A DNA stretch of 64,000 nucleotides from Phoronis australis (Eukaryota; Animalia; Phoronida): NCBI GenBank assembly GCA_002633005.1, contig NMRA01000086.1, positions 989,602 through 1,053,601 of the forward strand, in the 5' to 3' direction. This document shows positions 38,554 to 51,275 of this stretch, in pieces. The number at the start of each line of letters is the position of its first letter. Position 1 is the stretch's first letter. The notes under the pieces were generated by a model. That model had not been told where the DNA came from. It searched no databases and saw only the letters and a list, made by a program, of their open reading frames with translations. A program made the translations under genes and the position numbers.

Positions 38554-38990
38554 ATGATTTTTGTCACATTTTCCCTTGCTTGTGTATGCTTCCTCCAAAC
38601 TCCATCAACTGGTTACCCCATCACTGCGTCATGGTTTAGGAACCGTTACTCAGCAAGCGAATGGGATGAAGCGTTGGATGCCTTCAAAAGCATAGGTGGG
38701 AACCGGGTTATTTTAGAAGGCGGAAAGATGGCTTTGAAGTCAAAAGATATCATATTGAAGGACCCTGATTTTCAGATGTGTACGTCAACTTATGGAACAG
38801 AAGAGGTTTCTTGTGTAAACGAGACGGAGAACTATCTTTTACACACGAAGAAGTTAAATATAACAGCTTGGATGACGTACCAGTTCAACGAAAAGTTCAA
38901 CGATAATGTAGTAATGCGTTGTCCGAAACTGGATGCAAAGTTCACGAAAAACGGACATACTTTCTACCGCGTTGTTGTTCCTCGAAAAAT
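38554..38990 (+). CDS. DUF4434-like gene exon 1
   Basis: MIFVTFSLACVCFLQTPSTG signal peptide; ends AT|gtaagt. Confidence 0.88.
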
Positions 38991-41900
38991 GTAAGTATTT
39001 AATAATTTATGTTAGGAATTAGGATGGAAACACGTTGATCAAAGAAAGTGCAAACAAACACACGACCAGACTCAATATATACAGTAACAGAACAGGGCTT
39101 TTACCGTATGGTGAGCTGTTTTACTTGTCTATGTGGGAATCTTTTTCAAAAGGAATGATGCTAAGCCAAAGTGAACAGCAAATTGTCTCATATAATTGTT
39201 TAGCCGAGTCATTTTCGTGTGTTCAAAGAGTTGTATTACAAGTCTGATGCACGAAAAGGAAAGCATTTTATAACGCGAGCAATAAAAATGAACATCAGTT
39301 GAAAAAACGGCATTTAAACCCTGCCATGGCTCGAAGGCAAGGTATTGTTTAACCTACGACATCCATGCAGCAAGCGAAAGCGCGTCACATGGTCATCACC
39401 TATGGGACGCTACCATTGTATTCCTTGTTGCGTTCACATCATCTAAAGTCAGTACTTCCGTAGGCGTAGAAACATGTATAAAGTGGTATCCGCTATCTCT
39501 AAAATGCTGTCAGCGCGGGGCCCCAAAGGCGCGGGTCCATAGCATTTACTTCTTCCGCTCATTGTTAATCCAGCATTGATAAATTCTCACTCAAGTAATG
39601 CGACATGATTGATTAAGATTCGTGTGTGAATTTGAGTCGTGTCTAAGTTCGAAAGTTGCATAAAACAATCCCAAATAGGAACGCAACTAAATTCCCTAAA
39701 TATTCCCTCTTATTTTTGAGCTTGTGAGAACACTGCTTGTCCTTTCTTGTGATGTTTGAATCTCGTTACTAAGGCAAATTTTGGCTTTGATACAACGCGA
39801 GATTGAAGTCTATATTGAATTCTCAATAATATTGAAAATAAGTTGGGATCTTCAATTCATGCAAATCCCCTAATTTACGGACTAAGTCCCTAATTATTAT
39901 GACTCAATTAAGGCGTCAGTTTTTACGCATATTATTAGAAAATGGCGTTAGTCTAAGGGGAGTTCATAATGAAGATAAAATGATAGAAAAAATATTTCAT
40001 CTATGAGAAAAGAACAAAACAACTACGCAAAAGATTTAGGAAACTTTGTTGAGTCCCTATTTGGGACTGTTTCATGCAAGATGCACTGGATCCTACGCCA
40101 GGAATGCAAATTTGAGTGCCAAAGCACACGCTTTCGGTGATTTGTCACGTTCAGTCACTCATTTTTGAATTTTGCTCGCGTACCGATCTAAATTAGTACC
40201 GAATTCAGATGAAGCATTTGATCAGAAAACGTTTCGAACGCTTAAAACGAGCCTTCCCAAAATCGTCCTATTTGGGAACAAGTCAGATATAGGTACATGT
40301 AGTTCGCCAGTTAGGATTCACAGACTGAGATCAGCCTGGAGTGCTCGGAAATCTGAAGGATAAATTGCTGTTTTTGTTGCGAATCCAAACACTTGTTGAA
40401 CTCCAGTGACACCACTTTTCCACTTCATTTCTTTCATTTTAGCGCATCTCGTACCGTTTCGCGAAGTACATTTATACGGCTAAGGTCTGCATGTTTGACA
40501 AACGGATTTTTTTTCACGGGGCTAATATGAACCCAGTCTGACCAGCGTTTGACATTAGACGCACACCGGAAGACAACCTGGAGACCGAACTCCTGCCGAA
40601 GTCAAATTTTTATGGTCGAATATGTTAAGGTAGCGCGAAAAGTGACATCAACCACTTCCCATGAATTTATTGCGCAATAGTTAAAGATATAAGCAAACTA
40701 CTTACCTCCATTAACCTGCTGGTTTAGCACGGAAACCACTTTTTCGTCCATTTTCGAATTATTCGAAACAGAAACGAGTTGATGCCGTGTTGTTACCGTA
40801 CACGGCCGCACAAGCGTTAGCATGACTTAAGGAAACAGTCGAAAAAATGAAGAGTAGATTTTTTTGCTGTCTTATTTGTCGCCCAAACTTATGTTGAAAG
40901 GTTTATTCAGTCTGTTGTTGTTGTTGCATCACCGAAGTCATTCTCAAAAATGAAACCGTATTCTTGTGCATTTCTTAACATCAACTGGTTAGAATATCTA
41001 ATGTTATTTTCCCAACAATCAGAATGTTCAAAAAACTACTTACAGTAGTTCAAATAACCAATGAAAAGATTTGTAACTTGATTTTTTCACTGCTCTACCT
41101 TTCGTATCACTGGGAAACGTAAAATCTGCAATGTGGTGCAAGCTCGGACGACACGAAGGCAGATCAGACGAGCGTTCTCACGTATCAGACGTCCGATCTG
41201 CATTCTGTTTGTACGGTACGTGAACTCTGTATTACTCTCGTGGGTCGTTGGAATTGATGTGGTTTTCAGTCGAATGGAAATCGACTGGTTTCGCTACCGG
41301 ACGCTTGATGGAATTGCTAACTGGAGTACTTTTCAATATTTTAGGGATTACGACTGTCAAAAAGACTTTCTGCCAGGGTCCGGGGTTGTTGTAATTCTGA
41401 CCAGTTTTTACGGTGCGGACCCTCAAGAGTTAGTGATGGCGAGTGCCAAACATCGTAACATGTCTGTGTATTTGGGGATTCCTCGTGTGCCAGAACTTCC
41501 CAAGACCATGGATAACCAAACAGCCAAGAGCATCGTGTCGGCTTATCTGTTCTTTTTGACTGACAGGTTAATGTTAAATCACCTCCGAAAGTACGGCCCA
41601 CCCGACTCAAACAAGCAAGAACACGACAGGCTAAGATGGTACATATCTGTATTCTCAGAAGACGTCATATGCAATATTTCCACCTCTAATAATATGGGAG
41701 TTGATTTTCATCTTGAATCCGGACTCCCTGCAATGGCGGCACCTCTAGCCGGATATTACTCAGCGGATACGATGCCATTGACAGAACTGCAGCAAGATGT
41801 CGCTAGCGATCTTCTTTATATATCATGGCCGTGTTTCTACGCTACTTTAAACGTCTATGTGAAAATGGCGTGGTTTTTAAGTGGTGTCAACATGGGATTT

Positions 41901-44900
41901 GTTCTCTCACCTTCAGTAGATATGCGTAAAGAGTCTCCAAAATCTTCAATAGATGATCACGTTCGTGGGATGAGGTTCCTCGTGGATAACATGGTGATAG
42001 TTTCATTCGGTCGCTATATCATAGCAGTGCACGAAGGAAGAGGGTGTGGCCAATCTGCTTACTATTGGCCGACGCAATCTATGGCATCAATAGCGGACAC
42101 AGATCCAACCTTGGCAAAGATTTTGAATATCAATTCATCAGTGACTTTCGACGACGTGTACACGGGAAGTTTGCAACAGGTACATTTGAATCGCCAATGA
42201 AAGTTTGAGGCTTACAAATTTCAAATGTAATGTTTTAATAGTTGTTGGGTGTGACATTATTCACGATAACAGTAAACATTCTGTTTCAGCTGGTTACGGA
42301 ACTGACAAAACTAAGAAACACCCGAGAAGACTTTTCATTGATGATGGTTTTAGAAGCATATGAGGGTTTAACTGATAACCCCTGCGAGGAATCGGGTAGG
42401 CAAATCTTGTAGAACGATTAAGCTGTCTTCAAAATAGCCTTCGGTAATTGTCGGTACTGACCTGCCCAGATGTTGGAAGCGCTTAGACCTTTGAAAATAC
42501 CATTGAAGAAAACCTCTTCGGAAAATTGTCATGCCAGTGTAGGCGGGCCTATCCGACTACGCGATTTTCAAAGATAACTTACTTAATTGTTTCGCCTGTA
42601 GGCAAATGCGCGCAAGCTTCAACTACAGGTATAGCCGGTTGCCCTTTGTATATGTGCATTCAACACATTTCCTTTTTTGACACAACCACGTCCATATTAA
42701 AGGAGAATGTCACCAAAACAACTTTATTGTATTCATTTAGATCGAGTAGCTCCACTCAATAACAGCAAGTCCAGTTCTTTTACCTAACACCCGATGGCAA
42801 ACGGAGGTGTTGAAGTTAAACAATGACGTCACAGGTTTTAACACAGTCTGCTCATCAGTTCACAAAACGCTTACTGGTGTCAGTTTATCTCTTGAATTCA
42901 TCGTTTTACATCAATAAATCATCATATTGTAATATTGTTTTGTTTTGAGTTCAGTAACGGCGTAATTACGCTTTGGAATGGCGACTTCAATGGACGTACT
43001 CTGTCGGAAATTCCGGAATACCGTTAATTTATAGATGGCGCTGTTATCAAATACAGTTTCATTTGCATATGGAGAAGATTCCCGGAGTTTCTAAAATTTG
43101 CGTTAACTTTTTTACTTACTGAAAATAAAGCATTATCAAAGTACGACTATAATATCAATAATATACCTGAAACCTATTCGAAAAATGCTATTTATTGATT
43201 AAACGTCAATTTTCTGTCACACTTGTGCAATATATACCGAATGGGCGAGATAAAGAAATGACTAGTCAGAGAATTTAGTTTATGAGATAAAAGCTCTCAA
43301 AGCTTACGCCTAGGGTTTCACCTTTGGAAGAACTGTCTTTTGTAAGGAAATATTGTCATATTCAAAGCGCCACAGCTCCGCTAGGTTACATCTTCAGCGA
43401 CCGAATTTGTGTCATTGTGTAGGTTACAATGACGCTAAAAACTCTTTTGGTCATTTCAACCTATTAACTCCCGTTTTGTCCCCCGTTGATGTACCCTTGG
43501 GGACTCGCTTGAGTGATAAAAACATGATTCAATAAAAACAAATATTTATGGAATGCATGATTCTTGATGGATGGTCTTTCACTTCATTTGCCGTATAACT
43601 CACATACAATGTAAACCGTAAGTCGCGCTTGCTCCGCGTTCAGTAGACTTTGTAAGGGGTTTTCAAAATTTGCTCCCAACGTTTGACGGTTGACTGTTAT
43701 TTTGTTTGAAAAAGCTGGGTGACAAAGTCGTCGTTAATATCTGTTATAGGCAAAACCGGGAATGATTTCCTTTTACGACTTCATCTTTCTTGGATGGTTT
43801 GTTCATCATAATTCGCGTAAATATGTGTACCCTCTCGCAAATGCTGTTACTTAAAACATGCATTTTAAAAAAAGCTTGCTTACCCAGTTTCGTGGAAATT
43901 AGGAGCGTTTACATTTGTTCTGGGAAATCACTGAGCCCTACCGTGCTTAGCCAGAAGTGAAAGTGAGACGACCAGACTTGCTCTGGGGATCACTGATCCT
44001 TCTGGGTAGAAGATTATAATGAAATGACCAGACAAGCGGAAGCAGTGGTGTTTGTGGACGCCATCTATGGACAATTATATAACGTTGTTCAAATACCTAC
44101 CGTAGCAGATGAATGTGGCTTACTTGGGTACGGACTTCGCAACTTCTTTCTAAAGAGCGTAATGACTATACTTACATAAGAGAGTTCTCATGAATTTTAA
44201 ATCAGGTGTTTTGTGCAATTGGGCTCTACCTTGGTGGCTTGCGCACGTCTGATGCTATTCAGGTATCGGACCGTCTGCAATGTTTTTTCAACATTTTTGA
44301 GTTCTTCACTAAATACACGTTTACACTTGTAGTGGTTCCTTCCACCTCATTTACTTTTGATCGGACTACCAAATCACGCCTTGATCGCGGTCTAAGTGCC
44401 ACGGGTTTCGGACCTCAGATGATAGGCGCATCGTCATGGGACCCATACTTCCTTTGTACAAGTGGCGGATACAAGAAGAACCTTTACCAAGAGATAGATG
44501 CAACGATGGGTGAAACACTCATAATCTCATATTGCGGGTTCCATTCTCCAAACAACATGTCCGTTGTTTTAATTGGCTTCAACGTTGACAAAATGTACAC
44601 TCGTTATCAGGTAATTAAACAGGTGTTGAAAATCGCTCGGACGTCCACGTATCAATTTTGACAACATGAGGGCCCTGGGTCTTAAATTTACATTGCTCAA
44701 CTGAGTGCAGAATAAGAAAGGTTGACGCCAGATTGCACTGCATTACTGACTTCAAAGTTTGCCTTTTCAGTCTTCAGAAAGTCTGCTGTTAAATTGACAA
44801 CAAAGTAGAATGTGATATCTGTGACTGATTTATGTGCTCAAGATGTCACTTAGCCCAGGCTCGTTGCTGACGTGTTGCGCATAGTGATGGACACCTCAAA

Positions 44901-45944
44901 TAAGAAAACTTACAATGAAAAAAATGTCGATGAAAACAATTGCACCATTGTATTTGGCGGTTGATTTAATAATTTCATTACCACTCAATTGTGAAACAAT
45001 GTCAGAAAAGTACTTCGTTTGCTCAAAATTTTTATATTCTTATTTTTTCTACGTATTTTGGAAGTAATGTGTACAATAATGGTTTTCAAAATGGCGTTTG
45101 AGGGCCATATTGCATTGTATCAGTATTCAATATTGAAAATATTGCCACAAAATTTCTCCTCGTATTTGTATCGTATTGTATCGTATAGACGATGTGTTTC
45201 ATTTGAATTTGGCTTTTCAGTGTATTGTTGTTAAATCCTCTTATTCAAAATGACGCCTGGTCTCATTGGATTTTGTTGACACCAGTGTTAGAAAACTAGT
45301 CCTCGAACTCGACGATATAAAATGCGTTGTCATTCGGCTAAATTTCGGATGAAATATTAACGAGATGCGTAAGTTCGAAATTTGACCTGGCGGCCATATT
45401 GGATTTTTCCCCTAGCGACCAAGTGCAGGTGATTTCGAATGATTTTTGAATGTTAGAGACTAAAAGATGGATCTCTTTTCTGCTGTTCCCTTGTAGCGGA
45501 AACTACGTGTATATACAGAGCCAGTACTAATTCTTTTGTTGCCGCACCAGTACGTGAAGGAGTTGCCTATTTGAAACCAGAAAAAAATTCTGTAACTGAA
45601 ATTTGACTTGCCCCGCGAAGAATTTAACTAAACCGGATCAGCTTCAGTTGCTATACAGAACCACGTAGCATAATGTTCTCATACGTTCCCCCGTTTTTCG
45701 TCATTATCACATTTTTTCTTTGTTGTAGGTTGTTTGGACAGACTATTCCAAGACTGAACATCAAGAGCATCTTTATGTCTACTACGTTGAGGCAGATTAC
45801 GGTAGACAGCATGGTCTTGTAGATGGCCTCGTCTACGTCATGCTTTATGACTTTCAGAACGTTCGAAACATCCAACCGGGAAGCAAAGTTGTGGTCAGTG
45901 TGCCAGGCACAGAACAGGAGTGCATCTACGAAAGTTATTCTTAA
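38554..45944 (+). CDS. Secreted DUF4434-like (putative glycoside-hydrolase TIM barrel) protein, 5 exons, 623 aa
   Basis: Exons 38554-38990, 41345-42179, 42290-42395, 44333-44610, 45729-45944; GT-AG, phases 2/0/1/0 consistent, 1872 nt, AATAAA just after the stop. Signal peptide, then PITASWF, EWDEALDAFKSIGGNRVIL, ELVMASAKHRNMSVYLGIP, LAGYYS, FVLSP, IIAVHEGRG, VLEAYE, SWDPY. The gene model is firm; the family call is from motif memory only. Confidence 0.8.
39650..40085. mobile_element. Harbinger-like MITE (DUF4434-like intron 1)
   Basis: ttgcataaaacaatcccaaatagg / cctatttgggactgtttcatgcaa inverted ends; similar to 23562-23959. Confidence 0.6.
41345..42179 (+). CDS. DUF4434-like gene exon 2
   Basis: ttttag|G GAT TAC...; 835-nt open frame inside ORF 41133-42200; CAG|gtacat donor. 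Confidence 0.88.
42290..42395 (+). CDS. DUF4434-like gene exon 3
   Basis: tttcag|LVTELTKLRNTREDFSLMMVLEAYEGLTDNPCEES|gtaggc. Confidence 0.82.
42701..42925 (+). mobile_element. Kolobok-like family 2 terminal fragment
   Basis: TTAA|AGGAGAATGTC; matches 30771-31000 (caatgacgtcacagg...gaattcatcgttttacatcaataaatcatca). Confidence 0.75.
44333..44610 (+). CDS. DUF4434-like gene exon 4
   Basis: ttgtag|(V)VPSTSFTFDRTTKSRLDRGL...SSWDPYFLC...YTRYQ|gtaatt. Confidence 0.85.
45729..45944 (+). CDS. DUF4434-like gene exon 5
   Basis: ttgtag|VVWTDYSKTEHQEHLYVYYVEADYGRQHGL...ECIYESYS*; beta-rich C-terminal domain. Not in the ORF track. Confidence 0.85.
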   Translation, partial: VVWTDYSKTEHQEHLYVYYVEADYGRQHGLVDGLVYVMLYDFQNVRNIQPGSKVVVSVPGTEQECIYESYS

Positions 45945-45952
45945 ACATCTGG

Positions 45953-45958
45953 AATAAA
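45953..45958 (+). promoter_or_regulatory. Polyadenylation signal of the DUF4434-like gene
   Basis: AATAAA 9 nt after the stop codon, followed by a GT/T-rich tract. Confidence 0.55.
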
Positions 45959-48900
45959 GAAGAAATGTATGTCAAATTTTGGTGATTGTATTTGCTTATC
46001 GGGTTACATGACTTTCGTGTTAAATGAATAATATTTTATTTAATTGACATGCCATATTAAGAAGCATTGCATATTGTGAGTAAGTCTACATCATACACCT
46101 GTATGTATGCAGTTTCTCCTTTGTTTGGTGGGCAGAAAAGATGGGAGCCGAAGACCGTGCCACTTGTAGTTGAAATACCTTCGATGGTCGGAGTCTATTT
46201 CTTCAGTGCGTATTAAACACGACCCGTTATTCGGTTGAGAGCCCTACTTTTCCATGTCTGTACTTCCTGAATACAGATTTACTCCATGTCCTTTCGCGTA
46301 ATTGAAGCGGTTGATGACAACTTCGGCATTGCCCGGCTAACTCCTTGTTGTTTTAGTATTAACTTGTGACCCGATGCTTGTCAATGCATTAGGCAATAAA
46401 TGCATGCATATTATTAAATATATTGTGCTCTCATGTTCAGTATTCCTCGCCCCAACTTAAGTGTAATAAGACTGCGTGACCTATCAGAAGCGCTTCTCGT
46501 ATATTTACGTAATTCGTGATAAATATATTGTCCGCGACTTTGAGCAAAATTGGAACTAAAAGCAAAAGCCGGCAACATCCATTTTAGGCGCTCAACGTAC
46601 TTTAGGGGGTCCTTGTGTGAAACATATGGGTTTCCATTCTCTTTTCCTGATCGCTTACAATGCAAATATTCTTTTGTAATAATTAGTTTACCCTTAAAAT
46701 AATATTTTCTTTCACGTGTTTCAGGAATTTCTGCGAGGGCAGAAAGTAAATACTACCAAGAAAAGTGATTTATTTTCAGATCGCTTTGCAGAGTTCATTT
46801 ACGTATTCTTGACTTTTATGTTAGGCAAATGATTTTCGCTGACAATTCTTTTCAATACCGATATTCCACTTGCTTCCCCATTAGAGGGCGTCCGTGTAGC
46901 CATCTATGTTTTTCATTGCATTCACCCAAACGACCCTTCCACAACACCCTTAAATGGCGCAGTGACTATGGACTTTTTACCTTTAAGAGCTCAGTTTAGG
47001 TTCTTTAACGAACGTTATTTTAACGGACTCACGATATGTCGTTAATTTCCACATGTCGTCTGGCAGCTTGGGCAATCAAAATTCTGTGGTTACTACTTGT
47101 GTTAAAATTTGATTGGATAAATTATTTCGAAATAATTACTATTTGCTTAGGAAAGAGTTGTAAAAAACAGTTATTTATTTAGGAGTAGCTTTGTTACTGA
47201 ATTTTGAAATATTTATTACCTCATAACTTATATACATTTCAGTTTGCAAAAATTGCCATGTTGTATAATGTTATGATATCTAAAGTGACGTTTCTTCATT
47301 ACATATACGAGTAACCTTTTCGTGAAAATCATGATAAACACTGACAAACTGACCAAAACAAACCTGTCAAAATTGATGACATTTTCACAGTTTTTACTCG
47401 CCAACGCAGTGAATGGTCTGATTGCGAATGAATCTCGTTTATGACATGGCAAGGTCAAAGATACACTTTGTGTGGCTGATTAACCGGGTTAACAATTGCG
47501 TTTTTGTGATGAGATACGAATGTATGTCCCATTTAATCACACGAATTTATTTTATCTGTCCCGGTCCCAAGATTGTGGAGTTAAACTTTGTAGAAATGAT
47601 CTGTATGACACCCGCAATAGCTTTATCTACATTTACGTAGTTGCCAACGCTACACCAGCTAAATGCCTCGTATGATTCCGTCGCCTTTTGGCCTATACAT
47701 GTATGTACAAGTACATGTACCTGTCTCGCAAGTTTATAGGAAAACAGGTGGCCGTGAACCACCGTGATAATAAGCCACGGGACTTGTTTTGTTTCATCTT
47801 TGTTCTTGTAAGTGTGTTCTTCTTCATATATTTCCCTCCGTCTACTGGCTATCCCATCCGGATGCTTCATGGTTTAGAAGCAAACACTAGTACATGTTAA
47901 AGGAAAATGGAAATTGCCATATTGAAAGCTCAATATTTCAGTCGTAGAAAGACGAATTCTTGTTGCCAGTGGCCCTGGAAAATGTGGATCGCAGTACTAA
48001 GCTACCATGAGAAAATGTGCAAGTGGATTGTTTGCGTGTGAAGCGGAACTATATCTGACTGCTACACCAGCCAGCCTCGTTGGTGAGGACGTCCTTTCAT
48101 ACTAGGCAATGAGTCATGTGTGGACAACAATGGTTTATTTCCTTTCCTGGAAGAAACATGAGGGACTGAAGCTAAAGAAGACCTTGTAACACTCTTGTCA
48201 AGTTCAGGGTCAGATTTTGGTCACAAAGCGAGTCACGTGATATGCTGTTGTGTTTACCTTCAAGGATCTAATTGGGCATGTTAATGAGGCTGAATTAGGT
48301 TACATGAAGAAAAGCCAGGTGCCGAAACTGGACCTTTTTACAAGCGCTTCTATAGGCCATTGAAACTAGATTTCAGTGAAAAGGAAAACCAAAAGCATCT
48401 GGTATAAAAGCTTTTCCTTTCAGAAGAAAGGCTTCATACTAATGGTAAAAACTTTCCAATTTGGTACGCATTATGCGGAAATGACATCCAGTGGTTGCAT
48501 CGATTGTCTTATTGTCAGTAAAAAGCCCGTTAATGTTACAGTTTGATGATCAAATAAATGTTAATTCAACAGGCAAGTTTGTCACTATTTATTCAAACCA
48601 CATTATTTCTTCACTGTTAAAGCCCCATACAGTGCAGCTGTGCTGCTTCTTTATAAAGCTGAAATGATTACCGATTACGCTTGCGAATTGTCATTATCCT
48701 GTTGACCTATAGAAATGACTGACAATCAAAACGAAGTATTCTCTTTGTTTGAGTTTGACTTGTTTATGTGTGTAAATTTTTTTAGTTTTCTTAAGACTTC
48801 GTTTGAACAGTTGTAAGTTTTGTGTTAATTTGTATATAACAAAAGTTGCACATGCAAGGAAAGTATGTTTTCAATCATTACATAGCTAGCTGGGTAAGAA

Positions 48901-50489
48901 TCTGCTATGCACAAGATTCGAGAATAAACAATAATCAGTGAAATTAAAAACAAAATGGCCAACTGAACAACCACATACATACAAAGGAACAACATTGTTG
49001 AAATCAATTGTAATTTTCCCAGTGCAACAGAGTCCACAATCAGGGGTATCAAGGGCTGACTTTCTGAACTGAGAGGTTCAATTCTCTCAGGTTATTGCTG
49101 AAGGACTGCTTTTGACTTTGTCGAATGGTAAAATAGACGGTTAGGTGACTGGTTTCAGTCGTTTTCTCTAGCTCACCTGTAACAGATTAGTCAGAGAAAT
49201 ACTAGCAAATTATGAAAGAAAACAAAAGAAAACTACTTTCGTAAGGCAGAACCTACTTGACATTCCATCATCATGTTTGTCCGGTACATGTACATAGAAA
49301 CTAATAATCTTCGCACCCCAGCCTTATTTAAGCTCTTAATTAAAATATGTGAAACAGGCTAAAAGTGATTTAAGAATATGTATTTTTCATGACAACTAAA
49401 ATGTGTTTCTGATTTCAACAAATAAAATTCATGCTAGGTGTCAATATTTATCCCAATGCAATGTTACGAATTTACTGAATAGCTCATTCATGATAATTCG
49501 GTAACTAATCTGGTAGTTGTGGGGGTGGGGTCCGTTATAAAATAAGGAAAATTTTATTGGACATAGCATAGTTTTGAAGAGTAACTGCTGTGAAAAAGTC
49601 ACCCTTGACGTCTGTGCGGCACGTCCCATAGGACCTTCACCTTTTATATGGGAGCACTACCACCCAGAGCAATATGTGAATATTTGCTGCTAGCCTACCA
49701 TCCGGGTACCGGGTGAGTTTCTGCAAAGACAAAACTTAGTTCCACTAAATGAACCCGTTATTCAGTGGGATAACTGGTGGGGATAACATCAATGAGCGAT
49801 GTCGATAGAAACTAATTGCTAAAAACTTACCAAGTAACGTGATAACGTAGTCTCCAGAGCACACACGGGACGTGAGGCTTCAGCATCCAAGCACTCTTTA
49901 TCAATTGGTTAACCCACCTGTCGAAGATTTTCACCCGGGCAATAATAAGGCTTAGCGCGACGACGAATTTCGACAACAATTCCGTCTTTTCATCAGCTGT
50001 TTACGTGCAGACAGCGACGCATGCGCAATTTAATCACCACTTGTACAGCAGCGACACCGCGAGGATAATTCGTCGAATAGCCCCATTATGAGGTTTAGTG
50101 ACCACACTAAACCTCATAATGAGCCGTGTTCTTAGGTGCATAAACCGTGTTCTGTGAGCGAGGCACAGGGACTGTTGCCCCAGATTTGGAAAAATATGGA
50201 GAGTTGCAGCAAAATAAGAAATTATTCGAGGACCACACAGAAAGACTTAGGAGAAGCCGCATGGAATCAGAGAGACCAATTCTGTATTTTTCCTGGGAGG
50301 GCCAAGCTCTCCTCGAAACTCCCCGACTCTCGATTACGAAAAGTGCAGGCATACAAGTGCATATCTTCTAAATTCACCAAGAGTTTTACGGAAAACTAGC
50401 TCGCAAACAGGTCGCATAGAGATCGGTAAATCGGCGTATTTTGTTTTCTTTGTTATAATAAAGATAATGAAAAGCATTTATCGGTAAGC

Positions 50490-50625
50490 GGTTGACACCA
50501 ATGGGACACTATCATTGTTTTCCTTTGTTGCGTCTTTGTTGGATATAATAATACAGGTCGCATGGATATCGTACCTTGGACACATATCAAAGGAAAACAA
50601 CGATAGTGTCCCATTGGTGTTAACC
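50490..50625. mobile_element. Foldback MITE with ~38-bp TIRs
   Basis: ggttgacaccaatgggacactatcattgttttcctttg / caaaggaaaacaacgatagtgtcccattggtgttaacc. Confidence 0.75.
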
Positions 50626-51275
50626 ATACGCCCGCCTCTTGGATGTCGCAAATTAAACAATGCGACGTCATTTGGCTTGGGCGAAAAATATAAATTTTCA
50701 GAAAAATCTTGGGTTTCAACATGCAGAAACTTCAAAGGTGTCTAGTAGCTTTTATACTGAGCTGCTGCAGATGAGATGGGTCAACAGTTACCAAGGGTAC
50801 ATTGCTTTCTGATTTACGTGTTTTGTGTCTGCCAAAATCCACAGAAATTTCTAATTTATGAAATGTTTTGTCAGCCTTAAGTAACACTTTAATAAATTGA
50901 TGTTTCAGTGCATTTTGACGTGGGCTGGAGAAACTCGGTCAAATCTGTATCATACGATACTTACCCCTACAAAACAAAGTTCAGACACGTCAATGATTCC
51001 GCGTAAATTATCAAATTTCAAGTAAATATGTTGAGTTTAATCTCTCATAATATAAGGGGTGTTGGACGTTAAAATATTAGGATCAATGTAGGCATCGTTC
51101 GTCGATGTCTGATTAAATACATGTATATACATTTTGCTTCTATAGTCCAGTACCTCGTCGCGGGGTGTTCGCATTTGGCAATCTAACTGGCATTAAATTC
51201 GTGCTTCGTGACCGCTTACCGTTATATGGCGTTAGTCATGTTCACACCAAAAGTTGCATTAGAACAGTTTACCAA

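Noticed and set aside
41133-41344. N-terminal 70 aa of the 355-aa ORF
   Set aside because: Intronic read-through; the acceptor at 41344 joins exon 1 in the correct phase.
48100-48450. Coding-like fragment (FTFKDLIGHVNEAELGYMKK)
   Set aside because: Interrupted by stops and not assignable to a family; probably decayed TE.
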